NCBI GenBank assembly: GCA_041891055.1
Contig: CP169074.1
Span: 992,001 to 1,056,000 of the forward strand
DNA length: 64,000 nucleotides
Origin: Halorutilales archaeon Cl-col2-1
Lineage (GTDB): Archaea; Halobacteriota; Halobacteria; Halobacteriales; Afararchaeaceae
Direction: 5' to 3'
Below the pieces are notes generated by a model, which did not search any database, was not told the DNA's origin, and saw only the letters and a program-made list of their open reading frames with translations. A program made the translations under genes and the position numbers. This document shows positions 30,154 to 41,102 of this stretch, piece after piece. Positions within the stretch are counted from its first letter, which is position 1; every line of letters begins with the position of its first letter.

Positions 30154-30618
30154 ATGATACATGACGTGGAGAAACGCGATCTCCAAGTAAACGCCGACGA
30201 GAGGGGTCATCTCGTCGAGATATTCCGTGAGGACTGGGATCTATACGATCCAGACCCAGAGATGTCATACTACTCGATGACATATCCTGGTGTCATAAGG
30301 GCGTGGCACCGTCATAACCGAGGACAGATAGACCACTTCATATGTCCTAAAGGTAGGATTAAAGTCGCAATCTACGACGACCGTGAGGATTCGCCGACAA
30401 AGGGAGAACTCGATACCTTCGTAATAGGCGAACACAACCAGAAAGCAGTACGTATACCAGGAGACTGCTGGCATGGTTTCAAAGCGATAGGCGACGAGCC
30501 TGCTTTTCTGATCAACTTTCCCACCAATCTCTATGACTACGATGATCCCGACGAGGAGCGTCTACCCTACGACACAGACGAAATACCTTTGGACTGGGAG
30601 GAAGAACCTCACGGATAA
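30154..30618 (+). CDS. rmlC: dTDP-4-dehydrorhamnose 3,5-epimerase
   Basis: DERG, PGVIRAWH, WHGF cupin. Confidence 0.92.
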   Translation: MIHDVEKRDLQVNADERGHLVEIFREDWDLYDPDPEMSYYSMTYPGVIRAWHRHNRGQIDHFICPKGRIKVAIYDDREDSPTKGELDTFVIGEHNQKAVRIPGDCWHGFKAIGDEPAFLINFPTNLYDYDDPDEERLPYDTDEIPLDWEEEPHG

Positions 30619-30621
30619 ATA

Positions 30622-31391
30622 ATGAACACGATTAAATTAGTCAAAAAAGCCCAACAAATTTTTCAAGAAGAAGGCTTACTTAGCCTTATATCAAGAACGA
30701 TTTATTTTATTTATGCTAGAACATTTCAAAATATTTCCCCTAGAAAGACAACTGAATACAACGGTCAGCAGGTGCGTAGTATTTATTTATTTGATAGATA
30801 TATTCCATTTGCTAAGGCGGATGGCGAACGCCCCAATTATGAATCTGGAATAGTTCAATCCATTAAGAATCACTCAAAGAATGGTGATGAAGTGATTATT
30901 GTTGGTGGAGGATGGGGAGTAACTGCTACAGTAGCGGCGAAGAATGTAGGTGAAGATGGGGATGTAATGGTTTATGAAGGATCAGCTAGTGAAATAGAGA
31001 AAATTAATGATACAACTAAACTAAATAATGTAGAAGATAGCGTAGCAGTTAAGCATGCTATTGTTGGTCCTCTTGTCAGCTTAAGAGGATCAGCGAACGG
31101 TGCTGAGAAAGTCGCCCCTCAAGAGCTACCTAATTGTGATATTCTTGAACTGGACTGTGAAGGGTCAGAAATAGATATATTAGAGAATATGACAATCACC
31201 CCGAGAGTTATTATTGTAGAATCTCATGGTATGAATGGATCAAGCTCGGATAATGTTGAATCCTTACTCCAAGAGTTATCTTATAAGTTGTATCAAAAGA
31301 AATAGCAGATAAAGGTTTGGAAGAGACCTGCAAGGAAAATGATATTTACGTCCTAACTGGTATCAGAAGCAACATAAAAACCGAAACATAA
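30622..31391 (+). pseudogene. FkbM-like SAM methyltransferase, probable frameshift near 31285
   Basis: VGGGWG, LDCEGSE; alternative frame continues VVSKEIADKGLEETCKENDIYVLTG to stop 31391. Confidence 0.7.
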
Positions 31392-31400
31392 TTTAAAACT

Positions 31401-32474
31401 ATGAAAGGAGTCTTACTCTCAGGAGGCAAGGGCACGCGTCTCCGCCCCATCACACATACGGGACCCAAACAGCTCGTACCCGTGGCGAACAAGCCCGTAC
31501 TCGAATACGCTATAGAAGACTTCAAAGAAGCAGGTATAGACGAGATAGGCGTAATACTCGGAAACAAAGGACGTGAAGAGATACAGGAAGTCCTCGGCGA
31601 TGGCTCAGAATACGGAGTGGATATAACATATATCGTACAGGGTAATCCTCTCGGACTTGCCCACGCCGCAGGATGTGCTCGTGACTTCGTCGGTGACGAC
31701 GACTTCGTGATGTATCTCGGCGACAACATACTAAAGCAAGGTATAGTCGACCTAGTCGAGAGCTTCGAGGATGGGGACTACGACGCCGGTATAGCTCTCC
31801 AGGAGGTCGAGAATCCCGAGCAGTTCGGTATCGCCGACGTAAACCAGAACGACGAGGTAACAGAGCTTATAGAGAAACCCGACGATCCACCCACAAACCT
31901 CGCTCTTATCGGTATGTATGTCTTCTCGCCGAGGATCTTCGACGCCATAGAGAGTATAGAGCCGTCGTGGAGAGGAGAACTCGAAATTACCGACGCTATA
32001 CAGACCCTCTTAGAAGACGGAGAGAGAATAGACTCTCATGTCGTCGACGGATGGTGGAAAGACACCGGAAAGCCCGAAGACATACTCGAAGCAAACCGTC
32101 TTGTACTCGACGAACAGCTTGGTTCGACAGATGGCACTATAGAAGAAGAAGCAGAAGCCGTCGGATATATCGACCTCCACGAATCAGCGGTTATAGAAGA
32201 CGGTGCGGTGATCCGTGGACCCGTCTCTATCGACGCAAATACGACCATAAAAGAAGGAGCCTACATAGGACCTTATACATCGATAGGAGCTAACTCCACC
32301 GTAGAGAACGCACATATAGAAAACACAGTGATAGTCGGAGACTCAGACATAACCACGAGCGGTAAGATCGTCGACAGTCTGATAGGACGCGGCGCAGACA
32401 TAGAGAGCGCGGAAGACCTGTTACCCGAGGGTCGACGTCTCGTGGTTGGTGAAAACTCAAACCTCAAGCTCTAA
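31401..32474 (+). CDS. rmlA: Glucose-1-phosphate thymidylyltransferase (long form)
   Basis: GGKGTRLRPITHTGPKQL, RGELEITD, C-terminal hexapeptide repeats. Confidence 0.95.
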   Translation: MKGVLLSGGKGTRLRPITHTGPKQLVPVANKPVLEYAIEDFKEAGIDEIGVILGNKGREEIQEVLGDGSEYGVDITYIVQGNPLGLAHAAGCARDFVGDDDFVMYLGDNILKQGIVDLVESFEDGDYDAGIALQEVENPEQFGIADVNQNDEVTELIEKPDDPPTNLALIGMYVFSPRIFDAIESIEPSWRGELEITDAIQTLLEDGERIDSHVVDGWWKDTGKPEDILEANRLVLDEQLGSTDGTIEEEAEAVGYIDLHESAVIEDGAVIRGPVSIDANTTIKEGAYIGPYTSIGANSTVENAHIENTVIVGDSDITTSGKIVDSLIGRGADIESAEDLLPEGRRLVVGENSNLKL

Positions 32475-32489
32475 ACACCGAAACAAAAT

Positions 32490-32669
32490 ATGAAGATAAT
32501 AACCCATACCTGTCCGAGCTGTGGTACAATAGTAGCCGCAAACGAACTCGAAGAAAGACGTGTAATGAAATGCCCCGGTCTCGGCTGTGACGAAGTCCTT
32601 CGTTTTGAGGATCTACCGGAGAAAGACAGAAAACATTTTCTCGAAAACAAAGAGAAATACGAGATCTGA
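32490..32669 (+). CDS. 59-aa zinc-ribbon microprotein
   Basis: MKIITHTCPSCGT..KCPGLGC; below the ORF-track cutoff. Confidence 0.75.
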   Translation: MKIITHTCPSCGTIVAANELEERRVMKCPGLGCDEVLRFEDLPEKDRKHFLENKEKYEI

Positions 32670-32671
32670 TA

Positions 32672-33556
32672 TTATAGCCACTCAGCGACTGCTTCTATAT
32701 CCTCCTCAAGAGAAGGTTGCTTACGTTCTAACTCATTCTCTAGCTTACTAACATCGAGACAAGTGTATCTCGGACGTTCGGCTTCACGGTTTATATCCGA
32801 CAAACTGCTTTCTTCAAGAATATCCTCGGAAGCGTCCATCTGTTGTCTTAGGATCTCTCCAAACTCGTAAGGTGTCACACACGATTTGCTCGCAACGTGA
32901 TACAGACCTTTCTTGTTGTTTTCGATGAGTTCAAGCAGAACATCAGCGACCTGTCCAGCCCTGCTTGGAGTAATATGCTGGTCAGTAAAGAGAGGAGTCT
33001 CTTCTCCGGATCTTATTCGTTCACTGACCCACGCCGGAAAGCCTTCTAACTCATCCTTACTTCTGTGGACACCATATACGAATGAGAGACGAAGAGCAAG
33101 AGAGCCCGGCTTCTCCATCACGGCTTTTTCGCCTTCAAGCTTTGACTCTCCGTATACTTGTATTGGATTGGTACTGTCCCTCTCCGAGTATTTCGACTCG
33201 TTCTCCCCATCAAACACGTAGTCAGTCGAGATATGGACGAAATCAGACTCACCTTCGCAGACAGAAGCTATCTTCTCTGGTGCTTCTGAGTTAACTTCAA
33301 ACGCTCTCTCTGGGTCTCTTTCACAGCCGTCTACATCAGTCATAGCTGCGCAGTTTATGACAACGTCAGGGTCTATCTCATTAAAAATCGAGGAAAAACT
33401 GTCTATGTCAGTTATATCAAGTTGGTAAAACTCTCCCGTCTCGAAACCCGGCTTCTCTGAGTGATATGTGCCAGCCATCTCGTGACTGCGTTTAAGACCT
33501 GCTGTAACTACGTTACTGCCAAGCAGTCCATTCGATCCCAGAACGAGAATCCTCAT
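32672..33556 (-). CDS. rmlD: dTDP-4-dehydrorhamnose reductase
   Basis: GSNGLLG, STDYVFDG, YGESK. Confidence 0.95.
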   Translation of the reverse strand: MRILVLGSNGLLGSNVVTAGLKRSHEMAGTYHSEKPGFETGEFYQLDITDIDSFSSIFNEIDPDVVINCAAMTDVDGCERDPERAFEVNSEAPEKIASVCEGESDFVHISTDYVFDGENESKYSERDSTNPIQVYGESKLEGEKAVMEKPGSLALRLSFVYGVHRSKDELEGFPAWVSERIRSGEETPLFTDQHITPSRAGQVADVLLELIENNKKGLYHVASKSCVTPYEFGEILRQQMDASEDILEESSLSDINREAERPRYTCLDVSKLENELERKQPSLEEDIEAVAEWL

Positions 33557-33613
33557 ACTATATTCACAAATATCAATAGTAAGCTAAATCAGTACTGGTA
33601 ATTAGGTAAGAAT

Positions 33614-34540
33614 ATGCGAGTACTCGTTACGGGAGGCGCGGGTTTCATAGGATCGAACTTTGTTCATTATCTCCTGAAAGAGACAGAGGACACAGAGGTA
33701 GTCAGCTTAGATGCTCTGACTTACGCTGGTGACAAACAGAAGTTAGAGGGAGTATTAGACCATCCCAGACACGAATTTGTAGAAGGAGATATACGTGACA
33801 GAGAGTTGATTGATGATCTAATAGAAGACGTCGACGCAGTCGTCAATTTCGCGGCTGAGTCCCACGTCGACAGATCGATAGATACTGCAGAGCCGTTTGT
33901 CTCTACCAATGTACAGGGAGTCCAGACACTACTCGATGCCGCGAGAAACACCGAATTAGACGCATTCATACAGATATCTACTGACGAGGTATACGGTGAG
34001 ATCACCGAAGGTAAGTTTGATGAAGAAGATGAACTCAATCCCAGAAACCCCTACGCAGCGACCAAAGCGAGTGCAGATCTTCTCGCTGAGAGTTATTATA
34101 TAACCCACGACGTACCTGTTATCATTACGAGATCAATAAACAACTTCGGACCGAGACAGAACGAGGAGAAGCTGATACCCAAGTTCATAACTAAAGCCTC
34201 GAAAGGAGAGAGTCTACCTCTGTATGGAGACGGTACAAACGTGAGAGAGTGGCTCTATGTCGAAGACAACTGTAGCGCGATAGAAACTGTTCTGAGAAAA
34301 GGAGAAGTTGGAGAGGTATACAATATCGGTGGCGGTGAAGAACTCCAGAACAGAGAAGTTACAGAAAGGCTACTTGACGAAGTCGGTGCATCCGAAGATC
34401 TCATAGAGTACGTCGAGGATCGCAAAGGACACGACCAGCGTTATGCTCTGGATTCGTCTAAAATATACGAGTTAGGCTGGGAGCCACAGTGGTCATTTGA
34501 AGAAGGTCTGAAAGAGACTGTAGAGTATTGTTTGAAATAG
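33614..34540 (+). CDS. rmlB: dTDP-glucose 4,6-dehydratase
   Basis: AAESHVDRS, STDEVYG, GHDQRY. Confidence 0.96.
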   Translation: MRVLVTGGAGFIGSNFVHYLLKETEDTEVVSLDALTYAGDKQKLEGVLDHPRHEFVEGDIRDRELIDDLIEDVDAVVNFAAESHVDRSIDTAEPFVSTNVQGVQTLLDAARNTELDAFIQISTDEVYGEITEGKFDEEDELNPRNPYAATKASADLLAESYYITHDVPVIITRSINNFGPRQNEEKLIPKFITKASKGESLPLYGDGTNVREWLYVEDNCSAIETVLRKGEVGEVYNIGGGEELQNREVTERLLDEVGASEDLIEYVEDRKGHDQRYALDSSKIYELGWEPQWSFEEGLKETVEYCLK

Positions 34541-34659
34541 AGTCACTCGCAACAGGCACTCCCGTAGTCTCCACGGATATCGGTTCGACCGAAGAGATCT
34601 TAGGAGACTCTGGTGTTACGGTAGAGCCAGACGTCGACAGGTTAGGCGAGGCAGTTCAC
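34537..34659 (+). repeat. 123-bp direct repeat of 25053-25175 (GT4 fragment)
   Basis: 3 mismatches over 123 bp. Confidence 0.95.
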
Positions 34660-34834
34660 TCGGCAATGAAAGATCACTCATCTTAGATATTGACGACCAG
34701 TAATTGAACCTTCGATACAATAACAAGATTAGAATTCAGGCTACATAGGTAGAGATCTCCCGCCTTATAAATACGAATTCAGTTTTTTCTAGAGATTCCG
34801 AGACCAAGTCTGTCTCAAATCACATCCTACAGAA

Positions 34835-35008
34835 CCGGTAGCTTCTCGTCCCCTATGATTCGTGACAGACCTTCAAGACGCTATAGGGCGTCGCGGACGA
34901 AGAGACAAGGCATGTGCTCGGGAGCAGGCACGACAGAAATGTGTCGAGCAGTATAGCCACGATGGGGTTGCGCCGAGACTGGCTGATGTTGTGGAATCAG
35001 TTCGGTGA
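34835..35008 (+). pseudogene. Degraded GT4 C-terminal remnant
   Basis: LGSRARQKCVEQYSHDGVAPRL resembles the C-terminus of the GT at 27127. Confidence 0.6.
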
Positions 35009-35078
35009 TTTTGGGGAGGGGATTACCGTAGTTTTGGTGGAGTGATCTTTCGGCCAGGTCTTCACTGTATTTTTCGAG

Positions 35079-36503
35079 TTATCGGTAGCCCAATTCCTCT
35101 AATCGATTCTCAACACTCTTGCTTAGCTCTTCCTTGTCACTGTGCATAGCGACGTCATTATCCTGTAGATTATTAAAAGTGGATCTAATTTTTAGATCAG
35201 AGTCGCCTACCCTATATGAATATTGGGCATTCTCGGACAAAATTGTGGCTGTGCTATCTTTCCAGAGAATGTCTTTAATCACGGTATCCCCAGACGTACG
35301 GTAGATAGCTTTCGCTTCGCCTGTGAAGTTACTAAATCGATCCCCACAGAATTTTTTAGCATTCTGTAACATTCCTGCTCGCTGGTCAACTCCCGGCCCA
35401 ACTGAGATAGTGGGGCCTTCTGGTGTGAAATCAGTAGGTTCCCAATCGTTCTGAACGACTGAATTAATAACATCCGGGATTTTCGTCAAGCTTGTCACTT
35501 GTTCAATAGAATGCGCTGAATCTTGTCCAGGGTATTTGACGATCAACGGAACATGAACCATAACTTCGTGTATCCCTTGAGAATGAGTTGCAACTCTCTC
35601 ACCATTTCGAATCCGACTTTCTTCTCCGAAACCCTCACCATGGTCTCCTGTAAATATTATTAGGGTATCGTCGTACTCGCCCCTTTTTTGAAGCGCTTCA
35701 ATAAGCATCTTGAAATTGGCGTCAACCTGGCGGATCGTATTATTGTATAATGCCTCGAGGCTGGCCCGTTGCCACCATGGTCGCCTACCACCTACAAAAT
35801 CCCAAAGCATTTCGTCGATTTCTTGCTGTAGTGCTCTTGTTTCAGAACTGCCCCACAAGCGGTACTCTGATTGCGCATAATATGGAGCATGTGTATCCAT
35901 CAAATTCAGGAATCCAGCCCAGGGGCCAGTTTGGTTTTCTTGCCAGTCCAAGAATTCCTTCACAAAATATTTCGATTCAGGGTATCTATTACGTGGCAAG
36001 TAATTAATCTGTGAATACGTCCCATTAAGCAACGAGCGGAACGGCTTTCCAGAACTGATAGCATCTTTCGCAAATCCAAGGTATTCCGGATGCCCATCTG
36101 GGTTGGCATAGTCTGTAGGATTTAATCCCATCGGGAAGCGCGGAATATGAGACTTTAGGAACTTCTCGTCAAAGCCATGTGTTAATCCAATCGGCCGATC
36201 AACAAAGAATGGATTACTTGTGAAAACGGCAGTAGAATGCCCCCGTTCCTGCAGTTCTTCCCAGATCGTGTGTCCCGGTTTGAGAGTATACTCGTCAGAA
36301 ACTATGCCATGTTCCGGGACGTGATATCCAGTGAACATACTAACATGGCTCGTTATGCTGTCTGTGCCTGGTGATCTAGCTTGTAGATACGTTGTTGCTT
36401 CTTTGGACCAGGAATCAAGGAAAGGTGTTGTATTATTTGGGTACCCATGATATCCGATGTTCCGTGCTCTCAACGAGTCTGCAACGACTACGAGTACATT
36501 CAT
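35079..36503 (-). CDS. Sulfatase-like hydrolase/transferase
   Basis: ADSLR, SHVSMFTG, MDTHAPY, GDHGE. Confidence 0.9.
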   Translation of the reverse strand: MNVLVVVADSLRARNIGYHGYPNNTTPFLDSWSKEATTYLQARSPGTDSITSHVSMFTGYHVPEHGIVSDEYTLKPGHTIWEELQERGHSTAVFTSNPFFVDRPIGLTHGFDEKFLKSHIPRFPMGLNPTDYANPDGHPEYLGFAKDAISSGKPFRSLLNGTYSQINYLPRNRYPESKYFVKEFLDWQENQTGPWAGFLNLMDTHAPYYAQSEYRLWGSSETRALQQEIDEMLWDFVGGRRPWWQRASLEALYNNTIRQVDANFKMLIEALQKRGEYDDTLIIFTGDHGEGFGEESRIRNGERVATHSQGIHEVMVHVPLIVKYPGQDSAHSIEQVTSLTKIPDVINSVVQNDWEPTDFTPEGPTISVGPGVDQRAGMLQNAKKFCGDRFSNFTGEAKAIYRTSGDTVIKDILWKDSTATILSENAQYSYRVGDSDLKIRSTFNNLQDNDVAMHSDKEELSKSVENRLEELGYR

Positions 36504-38167
36504 TTTTGTCTGCTTAATCGGTTGTGGAGAGACTTGCTTAAGTCATAGTACTTTGATCCAACAATATTTACTATAGCTTTTCCAATAAACTTACCTCTGC
36601 TAGTATATTCGCCATTTGAATAGGTACGATAGAGAATTTGTAGTCGTTCGGAGAAAGAAAAACTACTATGCTTTTTTATTACTTGTGAGAGGAGTTTAGC
36701 ATTTGGATTAAAGTCTTTTCTCCGGAAACTTGCATATTCATTCATATTTATATTTTCGATTCCATAGGTTTGTTCTGGTATTTTCTGATTATATTCCCAT
36801 TTATCTGGATCCCTTAATAATTCACGAATGTTTCTCTTGACAACCTCTGGATCGTATGTTTTCTGAAAATGCTTCTTAAGCACATTCCCGGCTTTAGCCC
36901 TATCATTAGAGTTATTTATAAATTTACTTGCATAATTGACTATGTCGTTATGTGTTTCGGCTATGAATCCATATTCACTAGGAAGAAACGTAGGTGCTGA
37001 TAAAAATGGGAATCGAAGTTGCTTCGCCACGATTGGGAGTCCGAAGGCCATCGCCTCAATGCTGACCATCCCACCACCTACCGGAAAAGTCTGAATGAGA
37101 AAGTCAGACTCAGTATATATTTTTGAGAGATTGTCAAGCGGTCCAATTGGGTGGAATCGCGTCTGAGACGTATCTGATAGATACCTGTCCTCAAGATCAG
37201 TTTCGTGATGATTCGAAACAAACACATGATGATGGTCTTCGTTTTCACTTAGGATTTTATCAACAGCCTCTAAGTAGGGCGATTGACCATTGTTTTTGAT
37301 TTTATGAAAACTCCCTATAGACACTGAAACAGATTTATTATCAGGTATCTGCGGGAATTTTCCATAAACTTCACTCAGATGAATGTTAGTTGTCAAGGGT
37401 ATAATTCCAGATGGTTGTAAAGATCTATACGTTTTTGATAGTTGATATCCCGATTTTCGAAATTCTATAAAGTGATCGATAGACGGATGGGCAAGCCAAA
37501 AGGTATGGTCAGCATGATTATAAAATATAAACTCGCAGTCAGGATAGTCTCGAGCCAATGATGAAATTGCAACTACGTCGTTTGGATGGATAAATAGAAG
37601 AACTCGATCAGGCTCAATCGCGTCTATGTAATCAACTAGTTTCTGAACACGAGTAGTATATCGATCTTTAGGAGACAGTTCAATGCGTCTATCAAGTAAA
37701 CCGTTTAGATTTTTTCGCAACGAGTCATATTCTGAGGGTGTATTATTAGAATTTGTTAATATTAGATTAAGGGATTCTACAAAGCTATCCTTAGATGTGT
37801 AGGTTGCCCACTTTTCAAGCAATTCTGAATGGCCACCTTGATCATGCAATGAACTAGCAATAAATAGTATCGTGGAAGAGCAATCACTCGCCTGGTAGTC
37901 CGGCGAAACCTGTGGAAGTAATTCTGTACCAATATTATCAAGTAAAGCCTCAATATCATGGTCACGCCACATAAAATTATTTGACCACGCCAGTGAAGAT
38001 GCAATATAGAGATAATCCAATGCTTTCTCATAGTTTCCTAAACCTATTTCTTGCTCTGATTTTGATTTTAAATCATCATATAATACCTCATCCTCTTCTA
38101 CTGACTTTGACTTTTGAAGTTTTTTCATGTAGAAATTAGTTATTTTAATTAGTTTTCCAAACTCCAC
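36500..38167 (-). CDS. AT-rich GT-B (GT4-like) glycosyltransferase with helical N-terminus
   Basis: GGH, YNHADH, GGGMVSIEAMAFGLP. Confidence 0.78.
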   Translation of the reverse strand: MEFGKLIKITNFYMKKLQKSKSVEEDEVLYDDLKSKSEQEIGLGNYEKALDYLYIASSLAWSNNFMWRDHDIEALLDNIGTELLPQVSPDYQASDCSSTILFIASSLHDQGGHSELLEKWATYTSKDSFVESLNLILTNSNNTPSEYDSLRKNLNGLLDRRIELSPKDRYTTRVQKLVDYIDAIEPDRVLLFIHPNDVVAISSLARDYPDCEFIFYNHADHTFWLAHPSIDHFIEFRKSGYQLSKTYRSLQPSGIIPLTTNIHLSEVYGKFPQIPDNKSVSVSIGSFHKIKNNGQSPYLEAVDKILSENEDHHHVFVSNHHETDLEDRYLSDTSQTRFHPIGPLDNLSKIYTESDFLIQTFPVGGGMVSIEAMAFGLPIVAKQLRFPFLSAPTFLPSEYGFIAETHNDIVNYASKFINNSNDRAKAGNVLKKHFQKTYDPEVVKRNIRELLRDPDKWEYNQKIPEQTYGIENINMNEYASFRRKDFNPNAKLLSQVIKKHSSFSFSERLQILYRTYSNGEYTSRGKFIGKAIVNIVGSKYYDLSKSLHNRLSRQK

Positions 38168-39087
38168 TCGAAAAAGTCGTGTACAACAGGGCGTGCCCCA
38201 AAGGATTCTTTGTAATAGATGAGACCTTCGTTCAATTCAGATCCGGCTTGTTCTGTCGAAATTCCGAAATCAATGTACCTCTTATGGTTAAGATGTTCGT
38301 TTATCAGCTGATCGAACAGGTAGTCCGTCGCCCGTACGTCCCTTCCTTGGTCTGTTCCTGCAATATACTGGGTGCGAGCAGTGACATCACTCTCATAAAC
38401 AACGACGCCACTTACGATATCCCCATTAAGGAACGCACCAAACAACCGAATATTATCAGGAAATCGGTTGTGTAAGAGGCGTATCTCTTCTAGTGAGTGA
38501 ACTGGTTCGGTGTCATGTCTTTCCTGCAGATTGTCTATAAGGATATTCCAATATGATTTGTAGTCAGTGGTTTCTTTAACTTTAACGCCTGCGTCTACTG
38601 CTGAATCAATCGACCGTGAACGACTGTCCTTATATGAGGGCCCCCTCTCAAGATCAATTGCGGAGCTGACGTCTCGACGATAGAGTTCTGCATTCTTTCT
38701 AAATAATGCGTATCGATCACCTTCGGATGGAATATCATGATAAATAGTTGGGATCGCCTTATATTGTATTTTATTTATATTGGTATTAATGAGATATTCT
38801 TCCAAGGCCTGGAAAGCATCCATCGTCTTGTTAGTCGTCAATTTCTCGGAACCAATGAGTCCTCCAAACGTAAGGCCAGCATGGGAAACAAGAGTATTTG
38901 TTTCTTGATTCGCAGGGAAGACGGCAATCGGACTGCCTTTGTAATGTATCAGGAGTGAGTGATCGTTAAAACGGTCAGAGTGGTATTCCATATAGTCCCG
39001 TTTGAACATAAATGTACCGTTTGTTGACTCTTCGACAAGAGAATCCCAGTCCGACTTGAGATCGGGGGAATATTCGATTACTTCCAT
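38149..39087 (-). CDS. GNAT/FemAB-like acyltransferase
   Basis: YMEYHSDRF, DFGISTE..GLIYYKESFG. Confidence 0.85.
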   Translation of the reverse strand: MEVIEYSPDLKSDWDSLVEESTNGTFMFKRDYMEYHSDRFNDHSLLIHYKGSPIAVFPANQETNTLVSHAGLTFGGLIGSEKLTTNKTMDAFQALEEYLINTNINKIQYKAIPTIYHDIPSEGDRYALFRKNAELYRRDVSSAIDLERGPSYKDSRSRSIDSAVDAGVKVKETTDYKSYWNILIDNLQERHDTEPVHSLEEIRLLHNRFPDNIRLFGAFLNGDIVSGVVVYESDVTARTQYIAGTDQGRDVRATDYLFDQLINEHLNHKRYIDFGISTEQAGSELNEGLIYYKESFGARPVVHDFFEWSLEN

Positions 39088-39089
39088 CG

Positions 39090-40358
39090 TTACAGGTACC
39101 CTAGGTCATCCAGACGATCCTGTACCGATTCAGAAACAGTCTCGCCCGTTTGTGCCCACTGATCATCTTCTTCGAGCAATTCAGACAATTCACCGAATAA
39201 TTCGTCTGCTTTCTCCAGTTCATCGTCAATCAAATTCCTGCTCTCAGCTGGATCTTGGGCAATGTGGTATAATTCAACCGGCTCCAGTTGTTCATTTGCA
39301 GTACATATAAGTTTCCAGTCGTCAGTCCGGAGAGAAACCAGCGAATCAAGATCAGACCAGCCAAACTCGTATCGATCGTTCATATCGCGAGCGAATTTAT
39401 TTTCTTTGGTCAACTGACCGTGATACGTCTCAGAGTAAGCGCGGTCACTCGACTCGTTTGCCAAGAGTGAGTGGCCATCCACATCCGGAATCTCGAGATC
39501 GAGCGCATCTAGGAGGGTCGGGACAATATCGATGCTGCGAACTTGCTTGTGGACTGTTTTATCGGAAAATGCATCACCATCTAAAATCAATGGAACCCTG
39601 ACTGTATTGTCGTAGACATCAGCTCCTCGAAAGTGAGATCCGACTCGATCCCCCTCTTGATTGTATACCCAAGGGTAGCCATGTTCGTATGGCATTTTCG
39701 ATCCATGATCTCCGGTAATAACGAATGTGTCGATTTCAATTAGATCATCCAACAGTTCAAGTTGTCGCCCGATCTCATCAGCCTCGTCATAGTACCGTTG
39801 CTGTTGACGACCAATATACTGTTCAACGTTTTCGTATACATGCTGGTCGTCAAAGTCAGGCGGATCACGTTTCCCGAACTCCGACCGGAATGTAAAGTGA
39901 AGATCAAAAAAGTGAAGGAATACGAAATTATCTTCTCCTTGGTGATCCTTCAGCCAATCCACAGCACGATTTACGAGGATATTTGCGGGTCCAAATTCTT
40001 GCCGACCCTCCCATTCGTCCGTAATTGTGTTCACATCATCATACAAATCGAACCCCTTACTTATATTCCCAGTCGGCAATGGAAAACCACCAATGAACGC
40101 AGCAGTGTTGAATCCGTTCTCGCTTAATATTTCCTGTAGTAGTTGAGAGTTCGTTTCATAATTAACTAGCCATCGGACACCATGGTTGAATGGATAAAGT
40201 CCACTCAGCATTGATGTATGTGATGGACTTGTGAATGAGGCTTGAGTGATACAGGTATCATAATAACTGCCTATAGCTTGTTTTTTCTCAAAAAACCGAT
40301 GGCGTAGAGCGTCAACCCTCACGCAGTCGATCGAAGCTAAGACTATGTTCACGGGCAT
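39090..40358 (-). CDS. Sulfatase-like hydrolase/transferase
   Basis: IDCVR, FTSPSHTSMLSG, FDLH, GDHG. Confidence 0.9.
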   Translation of the reverse strand: MPVNIVLASIDCVRVDALRHRFFEKKQAIGSYYDTCITQASFTSPSHTSMLSGLYPFNHGVRWLVNYETNSQLLQEILSENGFNTAAFIGGFPLPTGNISKGFDLYDDVNTITDEWEGRQEFGPANILVNRAVDWLKDHQGEDNFVFLHFFDLHFTFRSEFGKRDPPDFDDQHVYENVEQYIGRQQQRYYDEADEIGRQLELLDDLIEIDTFVITGDHGSKMPYEHGYPWVYNQEGDRVGSHFRGADVYDNTVRVPLILDGDAFSDKTVHKQVRSIDIVPTLLDALDLEIPDVDGHSLLANESSDRAYSETYHGQLTKENKFARDMNDRYEFGWSDLDSLVSLRTDDWKLICTANEQLEPVELYHIAQDPAESRNLIDDELEKADELFGELSELLEEDDQWAQTGETVSESVQDRLDDLGYL

Positions 40359-40535
40359 ATTTGTTAACCAACTCCTATTAATGCTTACTATCGAACCAGC
40401 CACAGTATGACTTTATTTTGCCAGGTTTTAAATTACTAATTATATTTTAGATATGGCAGAAAGGATTGACCAGAAATCCCACTTTACCATTCAACTGATT
40501 AGAACACCACTCTATTCAAATCTATACTCCAAGTC

Positions 40536-40964
40536 CTATGTATTATTCACAAATTTATCATAATCTCTAATATAATCATCTTCGTCATAGTACTCCGAAG
40601 CAAGCACTAGACAAACAGACCCTGATGAGAAATTTTCCAGCTCACGCCAGGTCATCGTAGGAATATAGACTCCGTAGTACGATCGATTCAGATGAATGCG
40701 CTCGGTCTCGGAGCCGTCATCCAGAATTAGGTCAAAGCTTCCGTTCGCGGCTATCATGAACTGCTCTAATTCCTTGTGAGCATGTCCACCTCTGGATTCC
40801 CCACCTGGAACGTCGTAAAGGTAGTAAACTCGTTTGATATCGAACGGAATATGCTGCGATTGCTCAATGAAAGTGAGATTTCCTCGCTCATCATTGATTT
40901 TCGGTAGATCGATGCGTGTTCCGATAGAAAGTTCCTCAGTGACTTCTTCGTCCGATGACACCAT
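40536..40964 (-). CDS. FdtA/QdtA-type dTDP-sugar 3,4-ketoisomerase
   Basis: DERGNL, KRVYY, RGGHAHK, DYIRDY. Confidence 0.93.
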   Translation of the reverse strand: MVSSDEEVTEELSIGTRIDLPKINDERGNLTFIEQSQHIPFDIKRVYYLYDVPGGESRGGHAHKELEQFMIAANGSFDLILDDGSETERIHLNRSYYGVYIPTMTWRELENFSSGSVCLVLASEYYDEDDYIRDYDKFVNNT

Positions 40965-41102
40965 TACTTCACGGGATTGTTTGGCTATCACTTAGTAGTT
41001 TTCTTGACTGATCTCTCCTCTGTTCTACTGGACCGGTTCACAAGTTAAACAAGAACAGCTAAGTGATTGTTGTTTGCAATATTGGTAATAAAGATCCAGC
41101 AT

